A stretch of DNA of 64,000 nt, taken from positions 1,043,713 to 1,107,712 of the forward strand of contig CP070761.1 of assembly GCA_020348985.1 (NCBI GenBank), in the 5' to 3' direction. This stretch comes from Candidatus Thorarchaeota archaeon (GTDB taxonomy: Archaea > Asgardarchaeota > Thorarchaeia > Thorarchaeales > Thorarchaeaceae). Shown in pieces: positions 10,118 to 20,900 of the stretch. Positions within the stretch are counted from its first letter, which is position 1. The number at the start of each line of letters is the position of its first letter. Below the pieces are notes generated by a model, which was not told the origin of the DNA, did not search any database, and saw only the letters and a program-made list of their open reading frames with translations. The translations under genes and the position numbers were made by a program.

Positions 10118-10843
10118 CTAGCGTACGGCTTCAATACGGACCTGCCCCTTCGTCAATTTCGAGAGCTCGTCATACAGGCTCTGACGCTGCTGAGCCGGAA
10201 TCTCTACGAGTCCACTCCAAGAGCCATCCTGTCCCCATTCCTCAGTCTTGATGACACCAGTTGTTGCCACCAGATTGTATCCCTTCCCAGTAAACGATGC
10301 TGGGAGTGTTATTCTCAGCTTCACGCTCTCAAATGATATCGGAATGATGACTCGAAGTGCCTTCACGACTTGTGGAACTTGTTCATCTACGCTGATGAAA
10401 GGGTCAACTGTTACCTTGGCCTCGTCAAGTGCTTGCCGTATTCTATCGGGAGGATGTGGATGCCCGGTCTGGGGGTTCATTGCTCTCTTGGCAATCGATT
10501 CTATGATTGCCTCTCTCTTCTCCTCAACAAGCTGCGTTCGCTGTTCATGGGTGAGCCTAAACTCTCCCTGCCTAATTATCTCAGGAGCAATGACAAAGAC
10601 ATCGTCTGAGCCGAAAGTGTCCTTTGCAAGGTCCGCAGAGGCTTTCTCTCCTCTCTTCGCATCCTCGTAAATCTCATAGGACTTGAGAATATCTTCGAGT
10701 GGAATCTCCTCTCCACGTCGGTACTCAAATGCGAGATGAGGATCTACAAAGAGCTCGAAGCGTAAGTGACCTTTCTGAATACCAACAACGACTGCATCCA
10801 GCTCTAGCCACTTGTCACCAGTCTTCCTTCCGGAACCCATCAA
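10118..10843 (-). CDS. sdo1: Ribosome maturation factor SBDS/Sdo1
   Basis: RFELFVDP, DAKRGEKAS, NPQTGHPHPPDRI, EEWGQDGSW. Confidence 0.93.
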   Translation of the reverse strand: MMGSGRKTGDKWLELDAVVVGIQKGHLRFELFVDPHLAFEYRRGEEIPLEDILKSYEIYEDAKRGEKASADLAKDTFGSDDVFVIAPEIIRQGEFRLTHEQRTQLVEEKREAIIESIAKRAMNPQTGHPHPPDRIRQALDEAKVTVDPFISVDEQVPQVVKALRVIIPISFESVKLRITLPASFTGKGYNLVATTGVIKTEEWGQDGSWSGLVEIPAQQRQSLYDELSKLTKGQVRIEAVR

Positions 10844-10870
10844 TTGTAGGCCATCCCCTAATCTGTTGAA

Positions 10871-11611
10871 TTAAGCTGGCGACAATATCTCACGTATCTC
10901 AGAACGACTTAGCTTGTGAAACTTGGATGTGCTCACAGGAACCCGAGCGATTTCGATACTGTCCTCTGTGAGTTCAGCGTCTCTAGACTGACGCAGAGCA
11001 TCCAAAGCGAGAGTCATTGCGTCAGCGAGCTTCATCTTCTTTTTGTAGTGTTTCTCAAGGTATTCCCCAACCGCGACATTCCCTCTGCCAATAACTGCAG
11101 CAAGGAAGCCCCAGTAGGTACCCACGGGATCGGTAACATAGAGCTTCGGTGAACCATCATGGTCCACGGATCCTATAATCATAGCAACCCCATACGGACG
11201 CGCCCCGCCACCCTGAGTGAATTGGGCCTTGACATCACAAATGTAATCGGCCAAGGCCTCCGCTGGCACTTGTTCCTCAAAGGTCAGCCAATAAGACTGA
11301 GCCTTGACTCTGGCATCTGCAATCAGTCTTCGGGCATCAGCCATGAATCCTGATGTTGCAACTCCAACGTGATCATCAATCCTTGATATCTTCTCAATGC
11401 TATCGGGTTCATGCAAAGGTAGTGTCTTCTTCCTTGCGAGAAGAACCACTCCCTCGTCAACTAGCACTCCGATTGCCGTTTCGCCCTGCTCAACTGCCTT
11501 CTTGGCATACTCTGCGGCGAAGATTCGACCGTCTGGACTGAATATGCCTGTGCTAGTATCGTAGCCGGTACCACTGATTCCGAAGATATCAATTTCCTCC
11601 AAGTAGTCCAA
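10871..11611 (-). CDS. psmA: Proteasome subunit alpha (true start possibly ATC at 11587)
   Basis: GYD..TGIFSPDGRI..EYA, SIEKI..IDDH, TQGGGARPYG, TDPVGTY. Confidence 0.93.
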   Translation of the reverse strand: MDYLEEIDIFGISGTGYDTSTGIFSPDGRIFAAEYAKKAVEQGETAIGVLVDEGVVLLARKKTLPLHEPDSIEKISRIDDHVGVATSGFMADARRLIADARVKAQSYWLTFEEQVPAEALADYICDVKAQFTQGGGARPYGVAMIIGSVDHDGSPKLYVTDPVGTYWGFLAAVIGRGNVAVGEYLEKHYKKKMKLADAMTLALDALRQSRDAELTEDSIEIARVPVSTSKFHKLSRSEIREILSPA

Positions 11612-11799
11612 TATACAACAAACAGGAAGTCAGAACCTGGATATGGGGCGAAGCCTGACAATTCCCGTTGGTTGATGTAAGACTTGTTTGATTTCGCCAG
11701 CCCTCGGCTTATCTGCCACTAGGCTCAAGTCGCTATCACTGGTTAAGCCACATAAAGCTTCTGGTGAGCATCAACATCAAAACGGCTTGGAGTGGACGC

Positions 11800-12192
11800 T
11801 CAATCTTGTAGCAAGTAGAGATAGACCACAAATCCAAATGAGAAGACAGTTGAGAAGATCCCCACCCACTGTCCAAACATCAACCATGAAACGACGAGAA
11901 CCACAATGAGCATGCCAATGATCTCAGTCCATCCGGCCCTGACTTTAGAGAGATAGAGGCGGAAATTGACGACTGTGACTGTTGCAAATACGAAGAACAA
12001 GAACATCAGGAGGATCTCAATAATCGGAACGAGTGTTTCGTTTATATCATTGAGGACTGTGACCGGAGTTGTAATACCTGGAGACGACCATGCCCAGAAG
12101 AGAAGCCCAAGAACTAGAAATATGGACATCAGGGTGACAGTGATGATGCTTGAACGAACTATCTTATTTCTGTCTGGAATCTCAACGCTCAT
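11800..12192 (-). CDS. Hypothetical four-TM membrane protein
   Basis: Four hydrophobic segments; ATG preceded by GGAGTG. Confidence 0.7.
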   Translation of the reverse strand: MSVEIPDRNKIVRSSIITVTLMSIFLVLGLLFWAWSSPGITTPVTVLNDINETLVPIIEILLMFLFFVFATVTVVNFRLYLSKVRAGWTEIIGMLIVVLVVSWLMFGQWVGIFSTVFSFGFVVYLYLLQD

Positions 12193-12296
12193 CGATGGTC
12201 ACTCCGTATTGGACTTCGGGCATCTCTGGTTCCCTCTTAAAGGTAGCGAAGCCTTTAGGAAAGTATGGCATGAAGTAGATGCAGGAGAATCGTTTA

Positions 12297-13241
12297 CTAG
12301 TGGTTATGCCCAGAGTGATCATCTGGGACCACAACACCCTCAAAGGTTGCTGGTATGGTCTCTTCCTTATCAGCTTCAAACAACTTCTGGTCCCTTGCTC
12401 TCTCACGAATCCTTCGAACTTGAAGCGCCACAACGTACGAGAAGGCAGCAATTAGTCCGGCAATCGCGCTTGGTGATACTGCAATCGCAAAAGAGATCAT
12501 GATTCCGATTACTTGGGCAAACAGCGCGATAGAAAAGACTGCGACCATTACTCCCGTCACAGATTTCACAAGCTCATTGGATGCTGCAGCCGGAGCCACA
12601 AGAATCGCATAAACGAGAATAGCACCAACAGCCTTGGTAGCTAGAGCTATAGCTATTGCAGAAACAACAAGCATGACATAGTGATACGCCCGGGCGTTCA
12701 TACCGTGTGCAATTGCTCCCTCATAGTCTACGCTTACGTAGACGAACTCCTTGTTGAGCATGAGAATCACAGCAACAACAAGTGTGGTGGTTATGACGAG
12801 GAGAACAACGTCTTGATTTGTGAGTAGTAGTATGTCGCCAACAAGATAGCCCCAAAGAACGAGTACTTTGTCTGACGGGATATAGTACATCAAGAAGACT
12901 GCAAGGCTCATGGAAAGAGCAAATGAGACCCCCACCGCCACCTCCATCTTCTGGGCAATCCCCGACTCCCCAGCATATCCAGTCATTACGGCGACTAGAA
13001 CTGCAAACAGCACAGCACCTAAGACCGGATCAAACCATGGAAAGAAACCGGTCTCCTGAAGGAAGAACCCTAGCGCGGCCCCTCCCAATGCGGCATGTGC
13101 CACCCCAGAAGCCATGAAAGACAATCCGCGAAATACAAGGAACGTGCCACTTGTTGACGCGATCATAGCAATCAGAATAGCAGCAATCAGTGCTCGCACT
13201 ATGAATGGTGTGCCGAAAATAAGCTGAAGCAAATCAATCAT
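12297..13241 (-). CDS. znuB: Zn/Mn ABC transporter permease
   Basis: GTFLVFRGLSFMASGVAHAALGG, YLVGDIL, VGAILV...PAAA; His-rich tail HSGHNH. Confidence 0.9.
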   Translation of the reverse strand: MIDLLQLIFGTPFIVRALIAAILIAMIASTSGTFLVFRGLSFMASGVAHAALGGAALGFFLQETGFFPWFDPVLGAVLFAVLVAVMTGYAGESGIAQKMEVAVGVSFALSMSLAVFLMYYIPSDKVLVLWGYLVGDILLLTNQDVVLLVITTTLVVAVILMLNKEFVYVSVDYEGAIAHGMNARAYHYVMLVVSAIAIALATKAVGAILVYAILVAPAAASNELVKSVTGVMVAVFSIALFAQVIGIMISFAIAVSPSAIAGLIAAFSYVVALQVRRIRERARDQKLFEADKEETIPATFEGVVVPDDHSGHNH

Positions 13242-14052
13242 GGCGGTCTACTCCTGAATCTGGAGTTATGCAGTATCTGTGTCCAGCATATTCGACTACT
13301 TCAGCGGCGGGACCATAGACTCTCTTAATCAGTTCAGGATCCATCACGTCACAGGGTGTACCAATCCCGACTAGAGTGTTCCTCAGCAGAAGGACATGTT
13401 TGACGAAGACGTGGATTGGATTCAGATCGTGTGTGACCATGATTATGGATACATCAAAATCACGTTGATACTCACCAAGTGCTTCCACTATCATTTTTTG
13501 GCTCTCGGCATCGGTACCTGCAAGAGGCTCGTCAAGGACTAAGATCTGTCCTTCTCCTGCAAGGGCCCTCGCAACAAGGACTCTTTGTCTCTGACCACCT
13601 GAAAGCTCCGGAAAGGGACGATCCCAAAGGTCTATCATGTCTACCCTCTTGAGTGCCGACTTGCCGACTTCTCGGTCTTTTCCCGACACAAATCTCGGGG
13701 GAGGTTTCTTCATGAGGCGGCCCATCAACACAATGTCTTTCACTCTCATAGGCACAGTAAGCTCGATATGATCTCTCTGGGGCACGTACCTGATGAGTCT
13801 CTGAATCGTCTTGCTATCCTTGACCGAATCGTGGCCAAGGACTCTGACAAACCCATGAACTGGCTTCATGAGCCCCAGAATCGTTTTGATGAGTGTGCTC
13901 TTGCCCGAACCGTTTGGGCCGATTATGGCGGTGAAGCTTGGGGCATCAATTGAGAAAGTCATGTCATGAAGCGCAAGCTCTCCGTTAGGATACTTGACTG
14001 CAAGGTCCTGTGCCTCCAAGAGAGGCACAGCTAACTGCTCTTCGGTAGTCAT
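13234..14052 (-). CDS. znuC: Zn/Mn ABC transporter ATP-binding protein
   Basis: GPNGSGKST, YVPQ, LSGGQRQR, LDEP, THD; start re-called to ATG 14052. Confidence 0.9.
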   Translation of the reverse strand: MTTEEQLAVPLLEAQDLAVKYPNGELALHDMTFSIDAPSFTAIIGPNGSGKSTLIKTILGLMKPVHGFVRVLGHDSVKDSKTIQRLIRYVPQRDHIELTVPMRVKDIVLMGRLMKKPPPRFVSGKDREVGKSALKRVDMIDLWDRPFPELSGGQRQRVLVARALAGEGQILVLDEPLAGTDAESQKMIVEALGEYQRDFDVSIIMVTHDLNPIHVFVKHVLLLRNTLVGIGTPCDVMDPELIKRVYGPAAEVVEYAGHRYCITPDSGVDRHD

Positions 14053-14150
14053 ACGACTTTGCCTCCGCGCCTTGTGGTGCAAAGAGGCTTATCATAGTCT
14101 TAATAATCCAATGCTTTGCACCAGAAACCAGGACGAATCCTCTTGCGTCT

Positions 14151-15242
14151 ATGGTGGGAAATATGCGTACTTGGCGCAAATCCAGATTGGTATTCTTGCT
14201 TCTCCTGGTATTCTCGATGATAGTGTCTGGTGGAGTCTCGGTCACAGAAGGCAGAATGCAGACAGGAATCAGCATTGCTGTCACGATAGCACCACTTGAA
14301 GGAATTGTGAGAAGTGTTGGAGGTGCCAATATTGAAACTACAGTGCTTCTCACTGAAGGAGTCGAGCCCCACGCATTCAGTGTTGATCCGAGTGTCATAT
14401 CCGCAGCGCAGGATGCCGATTTGCTGGTCCTGACCGGACACTTTCACTGGGAGGAAGACCTGATCGAGGCAGTTTCTACCGCATTCATAACGATGGACGA
14501 TGAACGTGCATTGGCGAGCTATGAGGAATATGGCGCCGCATTATCAGAAATGCCCGGAAGTCGTGAAGCAGAAGCTACACCAAGTCAACATAATCATGAA
14601 GAAGGTAATCCTCATTCTTGGTGGCTACTTCCAAGGAATGCAATAGCTGTAGCAAATACAACTCGCGTTGCTCTAAACACATTGAATGGTTCATTATCCG
14701 ACTTCTGGACCGCTAATTTCAATGAGTTTGTTGCTGAGATAGACTCACTACAGAGTCTAGTTGAATCACAAGATGAGGTCTACGGTTTCTCAGATATGCA
14801 TGCTATCGTTGTGTTCCCTGCAGAGGCTTACGTCGCCGAGGCATTTGGAATCGAAGTTGAGGCAGTGCTCATGGAGGGGGGTCTCACTATATCAGGTGGA
14901 GAGCTGCTCCAGGTTCAAGAAACACTCCGAAATGGTTCTGTGCAGTTGATCTTAGGCTCTGATGTTGCAAGACTGCAAGCGGGCGGAGAATTCGCAGAGC
15001 AGCTGGTTCAGGACTACGGAGGCACTCTAATCTGGTGGAGAGCAGTGTTCTTCTCTGGTCTCAATGACTATCTTTCACTGATGACCTACAACTTAGGAGC
15101 TCTTACATCAGGTCTTGATGATCGAGGTTCCAATGAATATGATTCCTCGCTGATTCTGCTCTTTGGCGGACTGGCCGGTGTTCTAGGTATCATTGTGCTT
15201 GTTGAGACTATTTTGCTAGTACGGAGATCGCGATCGGACTAG
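14151..15242 (+). CDS. znuA: Zn/Mn ABC substrate-binding protein with signal peptide and C-terminal TM anchor
   Basis: EPHAF, His loop QHNHEEGNPHSW; divergent from znuCB. Confidence 0.88.
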   Translation: MVGNMRTWRKSRLVFLLLLVFSMIVSGGVSVTEGRMQTGISIAVTIAPLEGIVRSVGGANIETTVLLTEGVEPHAFSVDPSVISAAQDADLLVLTGHFHWEEDLIEAVSTAFITMDDERALASYEEYGAALSEMPGSREAEATPSQHNHEEGNPHSWWLLPRNAIAVANTTRVALNTLNGSLSDFWTANFNEFVAEIDSLQSLVESQDEVYGFSDMHAIVVFPAEAYVAEAFGIEVEAVLMEGGLTISGGELLQVQETLRNGSVQLILGSDVARLQAGGEFAEQLVQDYGGTLIWWRAVFFSGLNDYLSLMTYNLGALTSGLDDRGSNEYDSSLILLFGGLAGVLGIIVLVETILLVRRSRSD

Positions 15243-15254
15243 TCTGAAGTAACA

Positions 15255-15584
15255 CTATCTTTCAATCTTGGTTCCAAGACGTAAATTGTACACTTCAAAT
15301 TCCAGATCTGCCAATTCATCTTGAAGAACTCGATACCTCTCATCGAATTCGGATTGGCCGATAGTTCCCGACTTCTTCTCAATCACAAGGGCCTTGAGCG
15401 CTTTCTGGCGTTCTTTGATCTGCTTCTTGAGCTGCTCCCATTTGCCTTTATTCTCAGAAACCGCTGCATCCCAACTTCGACTTGATGTTTCGTCTTGGTC
15501 TAGCTTGTCCACAACTTCGTCAAGTGATTCCTTAATACGTTCGGGATCAACATCGCGCTCTTTCTCTTCACTCATGAAGCTCAC
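15255..15584 (-). CDS. Hypothetical charged coiled-coil protein
   Basis: 109 aa helical, highly charged ORF that fills the gap between two real genes. Confidence 0.65.
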   Translation of the reverse strand: MSFMSEEKERDVDPERIKESLDEVVDKLDQDETSSRSWDAAVSENKGKWEQLKKQIKERQKALKALVIEKKSGTIGQSEFDERYRVLQDELADLEFEVYNLRLGTKIER

Positions 15585-15640
15585 ATCCTACTGATTCCTG
15601 AGTCAGGTTATATGCATTGAGTTAGCACAGACAGTTGTAG

Positions 15641-16585
15641 CTAGATCAGAATGAGAATGAGCGGGATGAATGGCACAAGGGGAAGAATTAGCAGAGTGCC
15701 AACGGTCACGATTGTTGCAGCTGCTTCCACATCCAAGCGGAATCCGCCAGCGAAGATGACAGTTAAAACAGCTGGAGGCATCATCGCTTCAAGAAGAAGG
15801 ACATCAAGCGTTGTTCCTGAGATTGCTACTAGCTGTAGCAACAACAGAGTGACTATTGGTACTGCGACTTGTCTTATGGAGAATACCTGAAGGGCTAACC
15901 GCAAGTCACTGATTGCGAATCTAGAACCAAGTCCAAGGCCGACCACAAAGAGAGCCAAGTAGGTAGTTGCCAGGCCATTGAATGACAGTATTGGTGCAAT
16001 AACTCCAGGGATGGTAAGCCCAAGAGGAAAGATGACAAGAGCCAAGATGACGGACAAGAATGGAGGCGAGACTATTGTCTTCCTGGCAATTGGAATGATG
16101 CCATCATCTGAGCTTCCGTACGCAGAACCCAAGAAGGACCCTAGCGTTGCAAGTAGAATCATCTGTGTTATCGAAAAGAATGCAACAATAGGTACACCAC
16201 TTTCGCCAATGAACATCAGAATGAGTGGCAACGGCAAGAAGAGCGCATTGTTGAATGTCACACAAAGAAGCAGTGTCCCCGTTGTCTTATCGTCCAGCGT
16301 GCTTCTCTTCAGCCAAACCCACATCAGGGCGAATCCACTCAGGTGAACGAAAAGGGCAATCACAATCACTGAGGGTGTTTCAGCGATTGATTGTGTCGAT
16401 GCAGATAGGACTGTCTGAAAGATTAGTAGCGGAACCATGATGTTGAAAATCAGACTCGTGATGTACTTGTTCAGAGAGTCAGCGCCTTGATATGCTCTGG
16501 AAGTAACGTATCCTAGGACTATGACGACGTAGAACAATCCTATGCTCATTAGTAGCTCATTCGGCGTCTGCATTGGGACATCCAC
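15641..16585 (-). CDS. AEC (auxin efflux carrier/malate permease) family transporter
   Basis: About 10 TM helices; FNNALFLPLP, SPPF and EAMMPPA motifs. Confidence 0.85.
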   Translation of the reverse strand: MDVPMQTPNELLMSIGLFYVVIVLGYVTSRAYQGADSLNKYITSLIFNIMVPLLIFQTVLSASTQSIAETPSVIVIALFVHLSGFALMWVWLKRSTLDDKTTGTLLLCVTFNNALFLPLPLILMFIGESGVPIVAFFSITQMILLATLGSFLGSAYGSSDDGIIPIARKTIVSPPFLSVILALVIFPLGLTIPGVIAPILSFNGLATTYLALFVVGLGLGSRFAISDLRLALQVFSIRQVAVPIVTLLLLQLVAISGTTLDVLLLEAMMPPAVLTVIFAGGFRLDVEAAATIVTVGTLLILPLVPFIPLILILI

Positions 16586-16704
16586 GGCTTCCTGAGAGGC
16601 ACCCCCGTATGAACCTGACGGATGGCATCTATTCCGTATGATTTATCTATAGTTAATCTGTCTTGTCGTTTTGGGAGAATACGTTGTCTGTACAAGAAGA
16701 GAGA

Positions 16705-17790
16705 ATGCCAACGACTGAACCTACTAGTCAATCTGACAACGAATCGCATTCTCAAAGGGCATACTACGCATGGATTGGCGCAATTCTCTTTGCGATTGGG
16801 TTCACGGTTTTAATATCCGGATTAAGTCCAAGTCTGGGCCGCTTTCCACACCTTCCTGATCAAGGTCCCGAATGGTACTATTGGAAGCTGCCAACTGGAA
16901 TTCCTCTTGACCAGGTGATTGTCTGGACCTTCTACCTGGTACACCAATTCGCTCTTTGGGGAGCCATCTATTGGGCCCAGAAGAATCTCAAAGATGTCAT
17001 TGTACGAAGAAACAGTGGACTGACTCGCTACAACTATGCAGCATTCAGCATCAACACTATCTTCATTGCTCTTCATCTAGTTCAGACTCACATCTGGTAT
17101 GATGGGCTTGCACAGACTGTGCCGATTTGGACAAGCCAGGGTTCAGTAATCGTCATGTTGGTTTTCATCCTGATAATAGAGCATCCACGGAGAGGGCTGT
17201 TCCTGGGGAGAAAGATTAACAGGCCTATCAGTGCTCAAGTCTCTGGATTCTTCAGAAGAAACCACTCCTACGTATTCTCCTGGGCAGTGGTATACACATT
17301 CTGGTTCCATCCAATGGATGGTGATGCACAGCTTCTTTCTGGATTCTTCTACATGTTCTTGCTCTTTACCCAGATCAATCTGGCATATACCAAGATCCAT
17401 CTCGACCGAAGATGGATAATCTCGTTGGAGAGCTTCGTTGCAGTACATGCCCTCGTTGTGGCCTACTTCAACACTGTAGTCCACGGAAGCCCTGACATGT
17501 GGCCAATGTTCCTCAGCGGTTTCGTGTTTATGTTTGTGTTCACATACATCTATGCTCTTGACGTGAAGAGAGAGGTGTACGCGGCAGTGACAATCCTTTA
17601 CATTCTCTTCATTACTTGGATCTACCTGCCTGCACCGTTCGGGTATGGAAGGTCTCTGTTGAATCTATTTCGCCTGGAGATGTTATGGATTCCAATAATC
17701 CTGTATGGTCTCGCTATCGTCATAGCAGGTGCTACCTCTCTATACATCAAGAGGGTCAAACCGAGTACTCAACCAGAGAATGGCAATTAA
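16705..17790 (+). CDS. Polytopic membrane protein with several intramembrane histidines, function unknown
   Basis: About 9-10 TM helices; WYYWKL, YLVHQ, LHLVQTHIWYDG, FWFHP, VAVHA. Start re-called to ATG 16705. Confidence 0.8.
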   Translation: MPTTEPTSQSDNESHSQRAYYAWIGAILFAIGFTVLISGLSPSLGRFPHLPDQGPEWYYWKLPTGIPLDQVIVWTFYLVHQFALWGAIYWAQKNLKDVIVRRNSGLTRYNYAAFSINTIFIALHLVQTHIWYDGLAQTVPIWTSQGSVIVMLVFILIIEHPRRGLFLGRKINRPISAQVSGFFRRNHSYVFSWAVVYTFWFHPMDGDAQLLSGFFYMFLLFTQINLAYTKIHLDRRWIISLESFVAVHALVVAYFNTVVHGSPDMWPMFLSGFVFMFVFTYIYALDVKREVYAAVTILYILFITWIYLPAPFGYGRSLLNLFRLEMLWIPIILYGLAIVIAGATSLYIKRVKPSTQPENGN

Positions 17791-17912
17791 GAAATTCGCA
17801 TTGTCAAAGCACTCTTGATCTTTGGAGAGAGGCTCCGCCGTGTCTATGTCAGAAGAATTATAATGCAAACTAGGATGTGGCCAATGTTACTGCTATAGTC
17901 GGAGAGACGGTG

Positions 17913-20900
17913 ATGGTCAGCGAGGCTGCTCAGAAACGAGAGCTCGATATGAAGCCTACAGACGTAGTCGTAATAGGCGCGGGAATGGCAGGTATCAACG
18001 CTGCAATTGATCTGGCTGAGGGTGGGCATCATGCTCACTTGATTGAAAGATCCGTTAACATTGGTGGAAACTACATTCGTGTTTACAAGATATTCCCAAT
18101 GCTTGAGTGTAGCGCATGCGTGATGACCCCTTTGACTTCGTATGTAGGCAAGCATCCCAATATCACAATTCACGCCCTCACCGAAGTGGAGAAGGTCACC
18201 GGAGGAAAAGGCAACTTCTCAGTTCAAGTGAGAAAGAAGGCTCGATATGTCGATGAATCAAAGTGCACCGGATGTGGTCTGTGCGTACGATCGTGTCCCG
18301 TAGAAGTTCCGAATGAATTCGATGGCGGTTTATCACTTAGGAAGGCAATCTACTTCAATTTCCCACAGCAGATTCCTTTGATAGCATGCATAGACCGGGA
18401 TGCCTGCATAGGTTGTGGAACATGCGCAGGAGTATGCCCACAGGATTGCATCATTTATGATGATGAGGACAGAGTGTACGATATTCAGGCAGGGTCAATT
18501 GTCGTGGCGACAGGCTTCGAGGAATACGAGCCTGTAGATTACGCCGAATACGGTTATGGAATATTCCCAAACGTTGTTACTTCTCTACAGTTCGACCGCC
18601 AGAGCCATCCTACTGGACCTACCGACTCGCATATGGTACGCCCTTCCGATGGGAAGGAGCCGGAGAAAATCCTGTTCATCAACTGTGTTGGAAGTAGAGA
18701 TGTTAGAGAGAACATAGAAGGGTACAGTGAACACTGCAATAGGGTGTGTTGCTCTTTCGGACTCAAACTAGCACAAGTAACCAGGATGCATTATCCCGCA
18801 GACCACTGCGACATCATCTACACGTACATGGATATGAGAACTGCTGGAAAGGCACTAGAGGAATTCCTTTGGGATTCTGAGAAGAATCAGGACATAGACT
18901 TCATTCGAGGGCGAGTTGCGGAGGTGTCGGAAGATCCTGACACACACGACCTTTCAGTCAAAATAGAAGATACTGAGACTGGAGAAATCACTGAGATAGA
19001 AGAAATCTCGATGGTCGTCCTCAACGCCAGCTTTAGACCAAGCCGTGGCACCGAAGATTTGGCAAAGATACTGAAGATTGACATGGATGATTCAGGATAC
19101 ATCAGAGAAAATCACCCTAACGCATCCGCATTGGAAACCACTAGAGCGGGAATCTTTGTTGCGGGGTGCGCACATGGACCAAAGGATGGAACTGATACTG
19201 TAAATGAAGGAAAGGGCGCCGCTTTGGCTGCGCATTCAATTCTTCCGGTTCCAATACCACCGATTCCAGAAGAGATTCCACCCGCAGAGATCAGCGATGA
19301 GCCAAGGGTTGGAGTCTTCATTTGCCACTGTGGTGGCATAATAGGGAATGAGATTGATTCCCCGGGCCTGGCTCAGTGGGCTTCGGAACTCCCCAATGTT
19401 GTGTATAGCACTGACTACATCTTCATGTGCAGTGACCCAGGTCAGGAGCTAGTGGCTGAGGCAATCAGAGAACACAAACTGAATCGAGTCGTAGTGGGTT
19501 CATGTTCACCATTGCAGCATGAAGAGACCTTCCGTAGAGCACTAGAAAGTGCGGGATTGTCAAGGTACTATTTCGTTGGACCAGCTGGACTGCGAGAGCA
19601 TCTAGCATTGGTTCACGCTGATGCATCACAAGAGGAGAGACAAAAGAAGGCACAAGACCTGATACGCAGTTCAGTGGCTAAAGCTGTCAACAGTGAGATA
19701 ATACCGACTGAGTCTGTAGAGGTCACACGGACTGTAATGGTCGTTGGTGGGGGAGTCTCAGGTATGACAGCTGCCCTTGATATCTCGAAGAAGGGTTTTG
19801 ACGTTATCTTGGTGGAGAAGCTAGACAAGCTTGGTGGTAGGCTGAATGAACTCCATAATCTGTTCCCACAGATGAAGAGTGCAGGAGAGATTGTGGATGA
19901 AATTGTCGCCCGCGTTAATAGTGACAAGCGAATCACCGTGCTTCTCAACTCGAAGATCGTTGCGAGAGACGGGTCCTATGGAAATTACGAGATTTCGATA
20001 GAGAATACCAAGACGGGCGAAACCGGGACGCACACAGTAGGTTCGATGGTGATTACAGTAGGCACCGACACTTACGAGCCAAGAGATGGTGAGTACGGCT
20101 ATGGAGAAATCCCTGCAGTTATCACTTCACTTGAACTGGAGCGAAAGCTCAGAAACGGCGAACTAAAGAAACCACCGAAGAATCCTGTCTTCATACACTG
20201 CGTAGGGTCAAGACAGAATCCGGGAGAAGGCAACAGATACTGCTCCAGAGTCTGCTGTTCTGCAATCATGACAATGCAACATGAGCTGAAGGAGATGTTC
20301 CCCGACATCAGGGTGTTCTCGGCATACAAAGAACACATTCGCCCTTACGCAAATGGGATGGAAGAAATGTGGCGCGAGAACAGACAGAATGGCATCTCCT
20401 ATCTGAGGTGGGTGAGAGAGAATCCAGTCACCGTGGAGAAGGCAGCGGAAAGTGATGAAGCGATTGTCACTGTATATGACACTCTTTCCCAGGAAACATT
20501 GAGAATCAGGTCAAACATGGTGGTTCTTGCCACGGGCCTTGAAGCACCGAAAGATGTGGACGAGTTAGTAAAGGCAATGGGCATAAACCGAGGACAAGAT
20601 GGTTTCCTTGCTGAGATGCACATGAAGTATCGACCGGTGGATACGACGGTGCCGGGAGTTTTCGTAGGTGTTACCTATGCCAAGAACATGTCAGATTCCG
20701 TAAACCAAGCACGTGCAGCTGCAAGTGCCGCCACGATACCCTTGAATCTAGGAACTGTCAATATTGAACTGGAATGTGCAGAGGTAGACCAAGATCTTTG
20801 TGTCGGTTGCGACCTGTGCCACTATTCTGAAATATGCCCCTATGATGCAATCAGTATGATTGAAGTCTCTCCAGGCGTAAAGAAGAGCGTAACAGATGAA

